Origin: Alphaproteobacteria bacterium
GTDB lineage: Bacteria; Pseudomonadota; Alphaproteobacteria; MPNO01; UBA830
Assembly: GCA_965243135.1 (NCBI GenBank)
Contig: OZ251539.1
Location: forward strand, 3,968,001 to 4,032,000
Length of the DNA stretch: 64,000 nucleotides
Direction: 5' to 3'
Under the pieces are notes generated by a model that was given only the letters and a program-made list of their open reading frames with translations, did no database searches and was not told the origin of the DNA. Shown here piece after piece: positions 29,616-40,413 of the stretch (position 1 is its first letter; the number at the start of each line of letters is the position of its first letter). Both the position numbers and the translations under genes were made by a program.

Positions 29616-31502
29616 CTATTGACAGCTCAGGCATTCCTCGTAATCGCCGAGAACCATCGGCGAGTCCGCAGGCGGATCCGCGGGCGGGACCTCGGACGCC
29701 TCGTCCGGGGTCGCGGCAATGGCGGTCGCGCCCGTGACGGACGCCGATTCATGGCTTTCCGCCCGCGCGATCGAGAGCGACCGGCAGTAATAGAGCGACT
29801 TGACGCCCTTTTCCCAGGCGCGCCAGTGGACCTCGTGCAGCGTCTTCTTGTGCACGTCGGGCGGCAGGAACAGGTTCAGCGATTGCGACTGGCAGACATA
29901 CCTCGCACGGTCCCCGGCGTGGTCGACCAGCCATCGCTGGTCGATCTCGAAGGCGGTCTTGAACACGTCCTTCTCGTCGGAGGAAAGAAAATCCAGATGC
30001 TGGACAGATCCGTTGTTGACCGTGATCGACGACCAGACGTCGTCGTCGTTCCGGCCCTTTTCGGCGAGCAGCTTCCCGAGAAGCTTGTTGCGCACGGTGA
30101 ACGAGCCGGACAGCGTGTTCTGCTTGTACACGTTGGCCGCGTTCGGTTCGATGCCGGGCGACGAGCCGCCGCAGATGATGGAGATCGACGCGGTGGGCGC
30201 GATCGCAAGCTTGTTGGAAAAGCGCTCCTTCATCCCGTACTCGGCGGCATCCAGGCAGGCGCCGCGCTCTTCGGCGAGCGTTCGGGAAGCGCGGTCCGCC
30301 CGTTCCCTGATGTGACGGAACATCTTCCGGTTCCACACCTTGGCCATCACCGATTCCAAAGGAACGAACTGACTCTGCAGAAACGAATGGAACCCCATCA
30401 CTCCGAGCCCGACCGACCGTTCCCGCCGGGCGGAATACGTCGCCCGCGCCATGGTTGCGGGCGCGCGTTCGATGAAGTCGTCGAGAACGTTGTCGAGAAA
30501 GCGCATCACGTCCTCGACGAAGCGGGGATGATCCTGCCACTCGAGAAAGTACTCGAGGTTGAGCGACGACAGGCAGCAGACCGCCGTGCGCTCCTGGCCG
30601 TCCTTGTCGATGCCGGTCGGCAGCGTGATCTCGCTGCAAAGGTTGGACATCTTCACGTCCAACCCGCCGAGCTTGTGATGTTCGGGCCTCGCACGGTTCA
30701 CGTGATCGATGTAGATGAAGTACGGCTCGCCGGTCTCTATGCGGGCCGACAGCATCCGCGCCCACAGGCCGCGCGCGGCGATCTTGCGGATGACCGAGCC
30801 GTCCTTCGGGCTGCGGAGCGCCCATTCCTCGCCGTTCGCCACGGAGCGCATGAAATCGTCGGTGATGACGACGCCGTGGTGCAGGTTGAGCGCCTTGCGG
30901 TTGGGGTCGCCGCCCGTGGTGCGGCGGAGCTCGATGAATTCCTCGATCTCGGGATGGTCGACCCGGACGTAGATGGCGGCCGAGCCGCGCCGCAGCGACC
31001 CCTGCGAGATGGCGAGCGTCAGCGAGTCCATCACCCGGATGAAGGGGATGATTCCGGAGGTCTTGCCGTTCACGCCGACGCGCTCGCCGATCGAACGAAG
31101 GTTCCCCCAGTAGGATCCTATGCCGCCTCCGAGCGCGGCCAGCCAGACGTTTTCGTTCCAGAGATCGACGATGCCGTCGAGGCTGTCGGAAGCCTCGTTG
31201 AGGAAACACGAGATCGGCAGGCCGCGGTCGGTGCCGCCGTTCGACAGCACCGGCGTCGAAGGCATGAACCAAAGCTTCGACATGTAGTCGTACAGTCTCT
31301 GCGCGTGTTCGGAATCGTCCGCGAAGTGGCATGCGACGCGGGCGAACAGGTCCTGAAACTCCTCGCCGGCCAGCAGGTAGCGATCGGCCAGCGTCGCTTT
31401 GCCGAATTCGGTGAGGTTCCTGTCGCGACCGCGATCGATGCGTATCGCGGTTCCCTCCTTCCACTGGAAGAGATCGTGTTCCGTCTGCACCAAATCAAGC
31501 AT
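29616..31502 (-). CDS. nrdA: Ribonucleotide-diphosphate reductase subunit alpha (short, no obvious ATP-cone)
   Basis: TPVLSNGG..PISCF, SNLCSEI, APTASIS, KSLYYCRS, C-terminal CLSCQ. Confidence 0.96.
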   Translation of the reverse strand: MLDLVQTEHDLFQWKEGTAIRIDRGRDRNLTEFGKATLADRYLLAGEEFQDLFARVACHFADDSEHAQRLYDYMSKLWFMPSTPVLSNGGTDRGLPISCFLNEASDSLDGIVDLWNENVWLAALGGGIGSYWGNLRSIGERVGVNGKTSGIIPFIRVMDSLTLAISQGSLRRGSAAIYVRVDHPEIEEFIELRRTTGGDPNRKALNLHHGVVITDDFMRSVANGEEWALRSPKDGSVIRKIAARGLWARMLSARIETGEPYFIYIDHVNRARPEHHKLGGLDVKMSNLCSEITLPTGIDKDGQERTAVCCLSSLNLEYFLEWQDHPRFVEDVMRFLDNVLDDFIERAPATMARATYSARRERSVGLGVMGFHSFLQSQFVPLESVMAKVWNRKMFRHIRERADRASRTLAEERGACLDAAEYGMKERFSNKLAIAPTASISIICGGSSPGIEPNAANVYKQNTLSGSFTVRNKLLGKLLAEKGRNDDDVWSSITVNNGSVQHLDFLSSDEKDVFKTAFEIDQRWLVDHAGDRARYVCQSQSLNLFLPPDVHKKTLHEVHWRAWEKGVKSLYYCRSLSIARAESHESASVTGATAIAATPDEASEVPPADPPADSPMVLGDYEECLSCQ

Positions 31503-31624
31503 AGTCACCCTCCCGGTAGCGGGCTCGCCCGCATTTCGCCGGTCTCCCGGCCGACCGCCGGAAACCAGCCCGCCCCGCCAGCGAGGCCGCCTCTCGCGCC
31601 TCATGAAGCGCTGTAGGAATACTG

Positions 31625-31671
31625 CAACCAGATGTTGGGTTCGTCAATAGGCATTGCACTAGATAGGGACG
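31625..31671. promoter_or_regulatory. Tandem NrdR boxes upstream of nrdA
   Basis: CAACCAGATGTTGGGT (31625) and GCACTAGATAGGGACG (31656), 31 bp apart, resemble the consensus acaCwAtATaTwGtgt. Confidence 0.7.
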
Positions 31672-31771
31672 GCTCTATCCATCACGCAAATTTCTTGGAA
31701 AACTGCCGTTTGGCGTAGGTTCGGCGAGTCCGCCGCGAATTTACCTCGCCGGAAATCGCTAACCGATTCGC

Positions 31772-32248
31772 CTATTCCGGGCGCTCTCGAAGAAAGCGTT
31801 CGAACGCCCCGAGAGTTTCTTCCGAGACGTGGTGCTCGATGCCTTCGGCGTCGGCGCGCGCGGCCGGCTCGCTGACGCCGATCGCCTCCAGAAACGCGAC
31901 GACGAGTTGATGCCGCCGCCGCGACGCCTCGGCGATGCGCCGCCCCTCTTCGGAAAGGAAGATGGCCCGGTAAGGCTCCGTTTCGATCCAGCCGGCCTCC
32001 TTCAGCCGGGCCACCATCCGGGCCACCGTCGGGTTGGTGACGCCCAGCCGCCTGGCGATGTCGACGGATCGCGCCTCGCCCGTGGAATCGATCAAGTCGG
32101 CGATCAGCTCGACGTAGTCCTCCATCACCTCCGTTTGCCGCGCTTCGCGAACCTGCCGGTGGTGATCCGCCTGGGTGTGGGGTTCGGGCAGAACCGGAGC
32201 GATCGGCGGACGCCGGTCGGCGGGGTTGATCCTGAGCTTTCCCGGCAT
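31772..32248 (-). CDS. mntR: Manganese-binding transcriptional regulator MntR
   Basis: EDYVELIADL..GEARSVDIARRLGV; RRRH; DAEGIEHHVS. Confidence 0.92.
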   Translation of the reverse strand: MPGKLRINPADRRPPIAPVLPEPHTQADHHRQVREARQTEVMEDYVELIADLIDSTGEARSVDIARRLGVTNPTVARMVARLKEAGWIETEPYRAIFLSEEGRRIAEASRRRHQLVVAFLEAIGVSEPAARADAEGIEHHVSEETLGAFERFLRERPE

Positions 32249-32268
32249 GCCGCAGGCGGCCCGGCGCC

Positions 32269-32892
32269 CTACGGCGTCCCGCGCCCGGGAGACAGCGAGC
32301 ACCGGCCCCTGTCCGGGTTGGGCTCGACCGTTCGACCGAGACGCTCCGCCAGATCGTCGGCGCCGCCGACATAGGAGCCGTCAAGCCAGATCTGGGGAAC
32401 CGTCACCGGGGTTTTCGAACCGATCAGCGGTTTCACCCGTCCGAGCATCTCGTAGAGCGCCCGCGGCTCCCGAACGACATCGTGATACTTGTAATCGAAA
32501 CCGGCTTCGTCGAGGTAGCCTTTGGCGCGCACGCAATGGGGGCAGGTCGCCTTTCCGAACAGATGGTCGCCGCGGATGGACGCGCGGCCGACATGCGCTT
32601 CGATCACCGCTTCGGTCAACAGGCCGCGGTTGAGCGCGTGACCCTGGCTGACCACCTTGCCCTCGACCATGACGATCGGCGCGTGCCAGCCGCCGGCCCG
32701 CAACGGGCGCCACCATTCGGAGAGCCATTCCCGGGTGTCGAGTTCGACCGGGATGCCTTCGAGCTCGCGCGCGAAGGCGTCGTTGAGGACGTCGGTCGTC
32801 AGCGAGCACTCGCCGCACGGGATTTTCACGCTGAAGGGCCCCCAACGCCCGGCCCAGCGATAAAGGGTTACCCTGACCGAACCGTCCGGCAT
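32269..32892 (-). CDS. Two-domain glutaredoxin-like protein
   Basis: N-terminal CGEC thioredoxin-like module and C-terminal CPHC..TVPQIW..YVGGAD glutaredoxin. Confidence 0.85.
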   Translation of the reverse strand: MPDGSVRVTLYRWAGRWGPFSVKIPCGECSLTTDVLNDAFARELEGIPVELDTREWLSEWWRPLRAGGWHAPIVMVEGKVVSQGHALNRGLLTEAVIEAHVGRASIRGDHLFGKATCPHCVRAKGYLDEAGFDYKYHDVVREPRALYEMLGRVKPLIGSKTPVTVPQIWLDGSYVGGADDLAERLGRTVEPNPDRGRCSLSPGRGTP

Positions 32893-33222
32893 GCGTTCCG
32901 TGTCTCCTGTCGCGGCGCGTTCCGCTCCAACCTGCGGGCCGCTCGAAGGCTGGAATTCCTCTGGAATACTGCAATTCCGCTCCGAAGCCAACAATATATC
33001 CGCGGGACGCCGCGCCGACATCGCCCAAGCCGCCCGAACTCCGGGCCCCGTCGGCGCGCAGGCAGGCCGTCCAGTGCCGAAAGTCCGGCTGGCGGGCTAT
33101 ACTTGCTTCTTCAGCCGCGCGACCGGCCGTTCCATCGATGCCGTCCAAGGAGTTTGGTTTTCCGGGAAACCGGCGACGGCGAAGGCGGCGCGAAGACGGG
33201 ACGGATTTTGGAAATCTGCGTC

Positions 33223-35892
33223 ATGAGGCCGCCGTACACCATCACGCCGAACATTCTTTCACGCGTCGAGCAAGTCGGCGAAGCGATCGGCAGAGCGGAA
33301 GCCGCAGGGATTTCGCAAGACTCGCACACGCGGCGAAGCAATCGAATTCGCGCGATTCGCGGTTCGCTGGCCATCGAAGGCAATATCCTCAGCGAGGAGC
33401 AGGTCGCGACGATTCTCGACGGCAAACCCGTCGCCGCTCCGCTCAAAGACATTCAGGGGGTGCAGTTCTATTTTTGTAAAATCCTGTTTCGTTCCGGAAA
33501 AAGGATTCCCGCCGTCAGGCCGCGACGGCGGGCCCGGTTTTCGTTTGCGGCATGCGTTCCGGTCATCGCCCGCCACGCGGCGTCGAAGCGGCCCGACACC
33601 GCCCTGAAGGTAAGGACGTTCTGACCGCCCTCAAGGCTCCAGCGCTGGCCCGCCCGTTTCATGCGCTGGTTGACCAGCACCTTGTTGGCGGCCTCCACGA
33701 CGCCCGACCCGACCGGGTAGCCCTTGGCCTTGAGGCTGGCGTAGTGCATGCGGCCCCTGTTCTTGCGGAAGAATGCGAGCTCGCGGTCAAGAATCTTGAG
33801 CGCCGGCCGCCCTGCTGCGGAGATCGCCCGGACGACCTTGTCGACGCCCTTTTCGTCGTCGCGCAGGACGGCACGGTATCTGTCGTACCAGTCGGTTGCG
33901 ACCGCGTGGTCGGCAACCTCAGCGAGGTGTTCGCATGCATGGAAGAAGTCGATCGCCCGTTCGTCGGGCTGAAGCTCCTCAAGAAACGTCCAGTTGTCGG
34001 GCGCGGCGTCGGCGACGGCGACCAGCGGCAGGTCGGGCCGCGCTTTCCGGACATGGGCGACCTCGGCGGCGAGCTGCTCCTTCAGCGTCGCCTTGCCGGC
34101 TTCCGGCATGCGCGCAAGGCTCACCGTTCTCAGGCGATTGCCGTCCGCATCGTGGAAGCTGACGGTTCCGCAGGACGCCTCGCGCCAGCACGCTTCCCTG
34201 TCCCCGTCGGGGCGAAGCGGAACCATGACGCCATCGAGCGAGACGGTGCAGGAAGCCGCTTCCTCCGGCACCGTTTCCGCTTCGCGAATGGCGTCCCTGG
34301 CTGTGCTCTCCTTCTCGTTCCAGCGCTCGCCCGCCCTCGTCAACAGACGCGCAACTCAACGACGGGTTCATGCCTCCCAGCTGTTTGAGGATTTTGGCCC
34401 CGTCCGCCGGCGTGCAGTGGCACAGGAGCATAAGTGCGCCGTGCGCCGCCCGTGAGGTACTTGTCGAACAGGCCCAGGCTTTCATCGACCGGCGAGAACG
34501 ACGGGCTTCCCGGCGACCGGTACAGCGGACGCAAGAACTTGACCGGACCGAACAACGTGTGAATGGTTTGTCGCCTCGGTGGACCGGTAGAAGACCCGGC
34601 CGTGGACCGGGCCGACGTTCTCGTCCCGGTCCTCGACATGCTTCACCGCGCGACCGAGCCCCCCGCTCGTGCAGCCCGATTTCGAAATCGGCAAACGCCT
34701 CGGGACCCTCTCGTTCGGCCCCTTCGCCGAGGAAAGCCGCGAAGGACTGGAACGCTTCGGCGGCCTCGCCCCCTTTCCCGAGGAAGGCCGCGAACGTCTG
34801 CAACGCTTCGGCGGCTTCCCGAGAGAAAGTCGAAAGATCTATGGACAAGCCGGTCGAAAGCTGCGATACTGACATGGGAATGCTCCTGATGTTGTGGTTG
34901 AGCACCAACATTATGCCGCATCTTGCGGCTTGGAGCATTCTTTTTTCGTCCTCCGGCCCCGTTGTCGTGACAAAATCCGCGCCCGGAACGGCGTTTTGTC
35001 ACGAAATCGCTGATTTCGGCCTTGAAGCGCCGCGGCCCAAACCCGAATAATTATTGAAAATCAACGCACTGCAGGTTTTTCTATTTTACAATTCTAGACC
35101 TGCACCCCATTCAGGAAGTCCGCAACGCGATACGAACCTACGACCGGGAATGGGATCCCGGCAGCGAGGACGACCTTTTGCGCGCCCACCGGATTCTGAT
35201 GGAAGGATTGCTGGATGCGCCCGAAACGTATCGCCGTACGAACGTCACCGTCGCCGGAGGAGGCACGGTTCACCACATCGGGCCGCCTCCTGGGCGCGTC
35301 CCGGAACTCATGGCCAACCTGTTCGCGTGGCTGAACGGCACGGACGAGCATCCGCTGATCGCCAGCTCCGTCTTCCACTACGAGTTCGAGTTCATCCATC
35401 CGTTCGAGGACGGCAACGGGAGGATAGGACGACTGTGGCAAACCCTGATTTTGACCCGCTGGAAACGGCTGTTCGCTCATGTTCCCGTGGAAAGCCTGAG
35501 TTCATGCCCATCAGAACGAATACTACGAAGCTATCAGGCGGAGTTCCGCAAACGGCGAAAGCGCGCCGTTCATCGCGTTCATGCTGGATATCATTCTGCA
35601 GACGCTCCGGATCCCTCCGTCGCAGGCAGGCGACCAAGAAAGCGATCAGGTAGCGCGATTGCTCGCCGTCTTGCGCAAGGGTCCGAAAACGGCGGCGGAA
35701 CTCATGGCGGCGATGGGATTGTCCCATCGTCCCTCATTTCGCAGAAACTACGTTCGGCCGGCGATATCCGCGGGCCTCGTAAGCATGACACGCCCGGAAT
35801 CTCCTACCGCGAAGAACCAGCGATATCGAATTACCGAGCGCGGGAAGAAGGAAGAAAGGCGCCGAAAACGAAAAGCGAATTCCGGCCACTGA
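33223..35892 (+). pseudogene. Fic family protein, interrupted by an IS and frameshifted
   Basis: MRPPYTITP..SLAIEGN..PLKDIQ | IS | IQEVRNA..HPFEDGNGRIGR..SPTAKNQRY. Confidence 0.9.
33457..35108 (-). mobile_element. ISKra4/ISLre2-like (UPF0236, Mutator-type DDE) insertion sequence with decayed transposase
   Basis: TIRs GGGGTGCAGTTCTATTTTTGTAAAAT / GGGGTGCAGGTCTAGAATTGTAAAAT; 6-bp TSD ATTCAG (33451, 35109); motifs DGVMVP, DFFHACEHL, GSGVVEAANK..RMKRAGQRWS; frameshifted. Confidence 0.9.
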
Positions 35893-36516
35893 AGATCGAC
35901 CCGACTTCACAATCGGAGGAAAACCCCGAAAATTGGCATGGACAACACAGGGGGCTCGACAGGAGCGATTCGCGAACAGCGGCTTCAGGAAGATCCGCGC
36001 GATACCGCCCCACGCCGCCCCGCAATCATGCCGTTCCTGCGTAATTCTCTTTCCCTGCGACGGGAATCTGCGGCGGCGCGGAGCGACAATCCCGTCAAGC
36101 CGGCGAAGTCGTGCCTCTGGCCGGTCTGAGCGCAACGCTGGAGCGCTTCGAGGCAGGGCAATGACCCGTGAAGCCGCAATGCCCGTCATGGCGGCTTGCC
36201 GCCCGGACCTGGTGCGTTCGACCGGACATTCTCCGGCGGGCCCGCATTCACGCCGTGGACAGCCGACCCGAGAAACGGATTTCACGTACGGTCGAGGAAC
36301 GCGGGATTTCGCTCCGTCATCCGCAAAATATTTTACGCCGCGGACGCCAAGAAACGCGACGTCGCGCCAAGCAGGAGAATATCCGAGCTTTACCGGCTGC
36401 CGCCCTTTCCTGCGGATTTCTCCGAAAGCCGCGGCAGCCAGATTAGACTGGAAAGGCCGATATGGGAAACTGCGGAAGCATTCGCTTCAACGAGGGAAAA
36501 AACAGGAGGATAACCG

Positions 36517-37065
36517 ATGCCGAACTACCAAGGAGAACTGGACGGGCTGTGCGGCGTGTACGCCATCGTCAATGCATATGAAATCTGCCTTTCCGATCTT
36601 GCGAACAATCCTGAAAAGAAACTGGACCGGATATTTCGGACTGCCTGCCGGGCGTTGGAAAGGAAAGCATGGCCGGAAACGCTGTGGCAGGGGACGAGCT
36701 TTGGCGAGATGCGGCGGATGATCTCCAAATGCGAAAAACGCATGAAGTATCGGAGTTTCGTCATAACCCCGAAGTATCCATTTCTGAAGAAACCTCCGCG
36801 CAACACCAAGGAATACTGGAAAAGGTTTACAAATGAATTCTGCAAGAACGGATTTTGCTGCGCCATCATCGGCGTAGAGAAGCCCGCCGCCCATTGGGTC
36901 GTCGTGGAACCCACGATCGGAGGCGACATCCTGTTTTCCGACTCAGGCGGTCCAGACTCGAAGCAAGTATACAGGATGGACGCGCAATCGATACGCGGGG
37001 GAAAGGGAGGAGAAATCAAAGTTAACCTTCAGGAAGTCATAATCTTTAGAAGAATCTTTGAATAG
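36517..37065 (+). CDS. Hypothetical protein, possible papain-fold cysteine peptidase
   Basis: RBS AGGAGG; lower GC; QGELDGLCGVYAIVN..HWVV..DSG suggests a Q/C/H/D catalytic set. Confidence 0.55.
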   Translation: MPNYQGELDGLCGVYAIVNAYEICLSDLANNPEKKLDRIFRTACRALERKAWPETLWQGTSFGEMRRMISKCEKRMKYRSFVITPKYPFLKKPPRNTKEYWKRFTNEFCKNGFCCAIIGVEKPAAHWVVVEPTIGGDILFSDSGGPDSKQVYRMDAQSIRGGKGGEIKVNLQEVIIFRRIFE

Positions 37066-37212
37066 TTCGGAGACGTTTCGGGACCGCTCTGAGGCCTGGA
37101 TCTCGATGTCTTTCAAAAAAACTGTGCGTCTGGTAAAAGGCGCGGCGAACGAGCGGCTAGCGCTTCAATTTTCGCAAACGCCCGATCCATGAGTTAGAAA
37201 GGGGAAACGCAA

Positions 37213-37707
37213 ATGAAAAAACCTATCGAGAATTGCTACTGGGTCGTCCCCGGCAAATTGCTTGCCGGGGAATATCCAGGCGCTATAGACGAGGCGGCGG
37301 CCAGAGAAAAGGTGGCGAAACTGACCGACGCGGGTGTCGCAGCGTTCATTGATCTGACCGAGGAGTGCGAATTGGCGCCTTACGCAGCCTGGACGGGCCA
37401 AGCCGAACATCTGCGCTTTGGCATTCCGGACGTCAGCATCCCGTCGTCGAGCGAGCGAACCGCCGCGACGCTGGACGCCATCGACGAACGCATGAAAGCC
37501 GGAAAACTTGTCTATGTCCATTGTTGGGGCGGCGTCGGCCGCACGGGCCTCATTATCGGCTGCTGGCTCGCCCGGCACTGCGGTTCGGGAAGCGAGGCGT
37601 TGAAACGGGTCGCCGAATTGTGGAAAACCTGCCCGAAGTCGAAGCGAATTCCGAAATCGCCTGAAACGCCGGATCAGAAGGATTACGTCCGCAACTGGCG
37701 AATTTGA
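37213..37707 (+). CDS. Protein-tyrosine/dual-specificity phosphatase family protein
   Basis: YWVVPGKLLAGEYP; P-loop HCWGGVGRTG; SPETPDQ. Confidence 0.9.
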   Translation: MKKPIENCYWVVPGKLLAGEYPGAIDEAAAREKVAKLTDAGVAAFIDLTEECELAPYAAWTGQAEHLRFGIPDVSIPSSSERTAATLDAIDERMKAGKLVYVHCWGGVGRTGLIIGCWLARHCGSGSEALKRVAELWKTCPKSKRIPKSPETPDQKDYVRNWRI

Positions 37708-37953
37708 CGACGCTGCGATGGCTCCTGTCGCGGCCGGACCTCGGCGTGAGCGACGCCATCGCAGCAGCAGTGGCCAATGCAGGCACCCGATCGACGCGCT
37801 GTGTGGAACTTCCCGGACCCCTGACCTGACGCGGAGCCCTGACTGCCGTCAGGATGTCATGGCCTCACGCCCCCCAACACAGCGAAGCGCCGGATTGGTT
37901 CGATGCGTTGCGATACGCTACGCTGAAGCGCTCGCAAAATCCGGACAAGAGGG

Positions 37954-38886
37954 ATGACGATAGCGCAGCAGGCCCGTTACCGCGGGTGCATGATGGGGCT
38001 CGCCGCAGGCGACGCGGTTGGAACGACGGTGGAATTCAAGCCGCCGGGAGCCTTCGAACCCGTCACCGACATGGTGGGCGGAGGGCCGTTCAATCTTGAT
38101 CCCGGCGAATGGACGGACGACACCTCGATGGCCCTCTGCCTGGCCGAAAGCCTGATCGAATGCGGCGGCTTCAATCCGAGGGATCAGATGGACCGCTATG
38201 TCCGCTGGCGGCGGGAAGGCTACCTGAGCAGCAACGGCGTGTGTTTCGATATCGGCAATACCGTCCGCGCAGCTCTCAACCGTTACGAAAATACCGGGGA
38301 TCCCTTCGCAGGTTCCACCGACCCCGACTCCGCTGGCAACGGCAGCCTCATGCGGCTGGCGCCCGTTCCTCTGTTTTTCGCGCCCGACCCGGAAGAGGCT
38401 ATCCGCATGAGCGGAGAAAGCTCCCGAACGACGCACGGAGCGCAAACCTGCGTTGACGCCTGCCGTTATTTCGCCGGGCTGATCGTGGGCGCGCTGCAGG
38501 GCGCCGACAAAGAGGAATTGCTGTCGGCGCACTATTCGCCCGTCAAGGAAATGTGGAGTACGGATCCGCTATGCCGACAAATCGACGAGGTCGCGAGCGG
38601 TTCCTTCCAAAGCAAAGAGCCGCCGGATATCGCCGGAACCGGGTATGTCGTGCAATCGCTGGAGGCAGCTCTCTGGGCGTTTTCCAAGGCGGACAACTTC
38701 GAGGAGGGTTGTCTGCTTGCCGTCAATCTGGGCGACGATGCGGACACGACGGGCGCCATCTACGGGCAGATCGCCGGAGCGTATTTCGGGATAGACGGAA
38801 TTCCGCTGGGCTGGCGCGAACGCATCGTACTTGACGACACCATAGTCCGTTTCGCTGACGCCCTGCTGTCGCGCGGAAAGGTCTAA
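37954..38886 (+). CDS. ADP-ribosylglycohydrolase (DraG/ARH family)
   Basis: [38 protein letters not shown]. Confidence 0.95.
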   Translation: MTIAQQARYRGCMMGLAAGDAVGTTVEFKPPGAFEPVTDMVGGGPFNLDPGEWTDDTSMALCLAESLIECGGFNPRDQMDRYVRWRREGYLSSNGVCFDIGNTVRAALNRYENTGDPFAGSTDPDSAGNGSLMRLAPVPLFFAPDPEEAIRMSGESSRTTHGAQTCVDACRYFAGLIVGALQGADKEELLSAHYSPVKEMWSTDPLCRQIDEVASGSFQSKEPPDIAGTGYVVQSLEAALWAFSKADNFEEGCLLAVNLGDDADTTGAIYGQIAGAYFGIDGIPLGWRERIVLDDTIVRFADALLSRGKV

Positions 38887-39549
38887 CCTCGCGGAGCCGA
38901 TTGAGACGGTCCAGACTGCAACGGGAAGCGGATAGCCTGTTACAGCTTGTAATCTCCTGAATGCCTCGTGAACCAGTCACCGATTAAAATCGTGTTTCGC
39001 CGCGTCCAGAAATCGCCGCCCGAGGATCGCGTCAACGGCAGGCCGTTCCGCCTTCTTTCCCGCCGGATCCATTGCCTGCGCCGCCAGTAATTCGACGATA
39101 TTCGGACGACGTTGCGCCGGAAGCGTTTCCGTACCGCAGGAAAGGACCGGTCTCCACTGCGGCGCGGTCCAGCAAAAATGGCGTTCCTGCGGGACTGCGC
39201 CGGAGACGCGGATGCCGTCCGGCTCATTTCGATGCAGCGAGAGGCGACGCCGTCGTTTTCGGCGCTTCGGCATCGTGCGAGGTCAGGGTCCTGCCTGTCC
39301 TTCGGCAGCGCCGCCAAGCCAAGAACACATCGTCGTCCGAACTGCGTAGTGGCGCGGCGCAGGCTGGAGGCCGACCTGCATCATGCGGCCGATCCGTTCC
39401 GTCTCCCGGCGAGCGGTCTCGAAGTCGGAGCCCCCATGTCGCGAGAAACGGCAAGAGCGAACGCCGGGACGGCGGCGTCGCCGAAACCGGCTCCGTCCGC
39501 ATTCGCCGCACGAACGCCGGATGGAACGCTCCACCCGGCAAAACAGACC

Positions 39550-40413
39550 TCAGCCGTACCGCTTCTCGAACTCGACGACGTCGCCGAAACCCATCAGGTC
39601 ATTGAATTCGCTGAACGGGAACAAGCCGATTTCCCCGGCTTCCCCGTCGTTCCGAAGCGAGCCGTAGACGGAGGTCAGGGCCTCGCAGGCGGCGAGGAAG
39701 CCGGCCGCCGGGAAAATCGCGATCCGGTAGCCAAGCTCAGCGAGTTCGGCGGCCGTCATCAACGGCGTGGCGCCGCCTTGAACCATGTTCGCCAGAAGCG
39801 CCACGTCTCCGCCGAACCGGCGGACGATGTCCCGCATTTCGTCCGCGTCCGCGGGCGCCTCGCAGAACAGAATGTCGGCGCCGGCCTCGACATACAGCTC
39901 GGCGCGCCGCATCGCCTCGTCGCGGCCGACCGCGCGGCGCGCATCGGTGCGGGCGATGATCAGCGTGTCGCCCGACAGGCGGCTGTCGAGCGCCACCTTG
40001 ATCTTGACGACCATGTCCTCCGCCGGAACCAACCGCTGGCCGGACAGATGGCCGCATTTCTTGGGAAAATCCTGGTCCTCGATCTGAATGGCGGCAACGC
40101 CCGCCATCTCGTACCCGCGCACGGTCTCCCGCACGTTCACCGGACCGCCGTAGCCGGTGTCGGCGTCGGCGATCAGGGGAGTCGCGGTGCCGCCGGCGAT
40201 GCGCCCCGCGCGCGCCACCATGTCCGTGTAGGTCGCGATGCCGGCGTCCGGCAATCCGAGATGCGACGCGACCGTGCCGGATCCCGTCATGTAGAGGGCG
40301 CGAAACCCCATGCGGTCGGCGATCTTCGCCGAAATCATGTCGAATACCCCGGGCGCCGTGACGAAATCGCTCCCGTTTCTGATCGTGTCGGCGAGAGTGG
40401 AACCTGCGGTCAA
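39550..40413 (-). CDS. Isocitrate lyase/PEP mutase family protein
   Basis: DADTGYG, IEDQDFPKKCGH, ARTD. Confidence 0.92.
   Translation of the reverse strand: MTAGSTLADTIRNGSDFVTAPGVFDMISAKIADRMGFRALYMTGSGTVASHLGLPDAGIATYTDMVARAGRIAGGTATPLIADADTGYGGPVNVRETVRGYEMAGVAAIQIEDQDFPKKCGHLSGQRLVPAEDMVVKIKVALDSRLSGDTLIIARTDARRAVGRDEAMRRAELYVEAGADILFCEAPADADEMRDIVRRFGGDVALLANMVQGGATPLMTAAELAELGYRIAIFPAAGFLAACEALTSVYGSLRNDGEAGEIGLFPFSEFNDLMGFGDVVEFEKRYG

Noticed and set aside
32893-33220. yybP-ykoY Mn riboswitch or MntR box upstream of grx-mntR
   Set aside because: Could not find the conserved riboswitch motifs or a convincing palindrome.
37954-38886. Nitrogenase regulator draG
   Set aside because: Family match only; no draT or nif context, so no gene symbol assigned.
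38940-39540. Short ORFs between the ADP-ribosylhydrolase and the lyase (also 18770-19150, 35930-36500, 62810-63690)
   Set aside because: No recognisable motifs; possibly decayed genes but not supportable.
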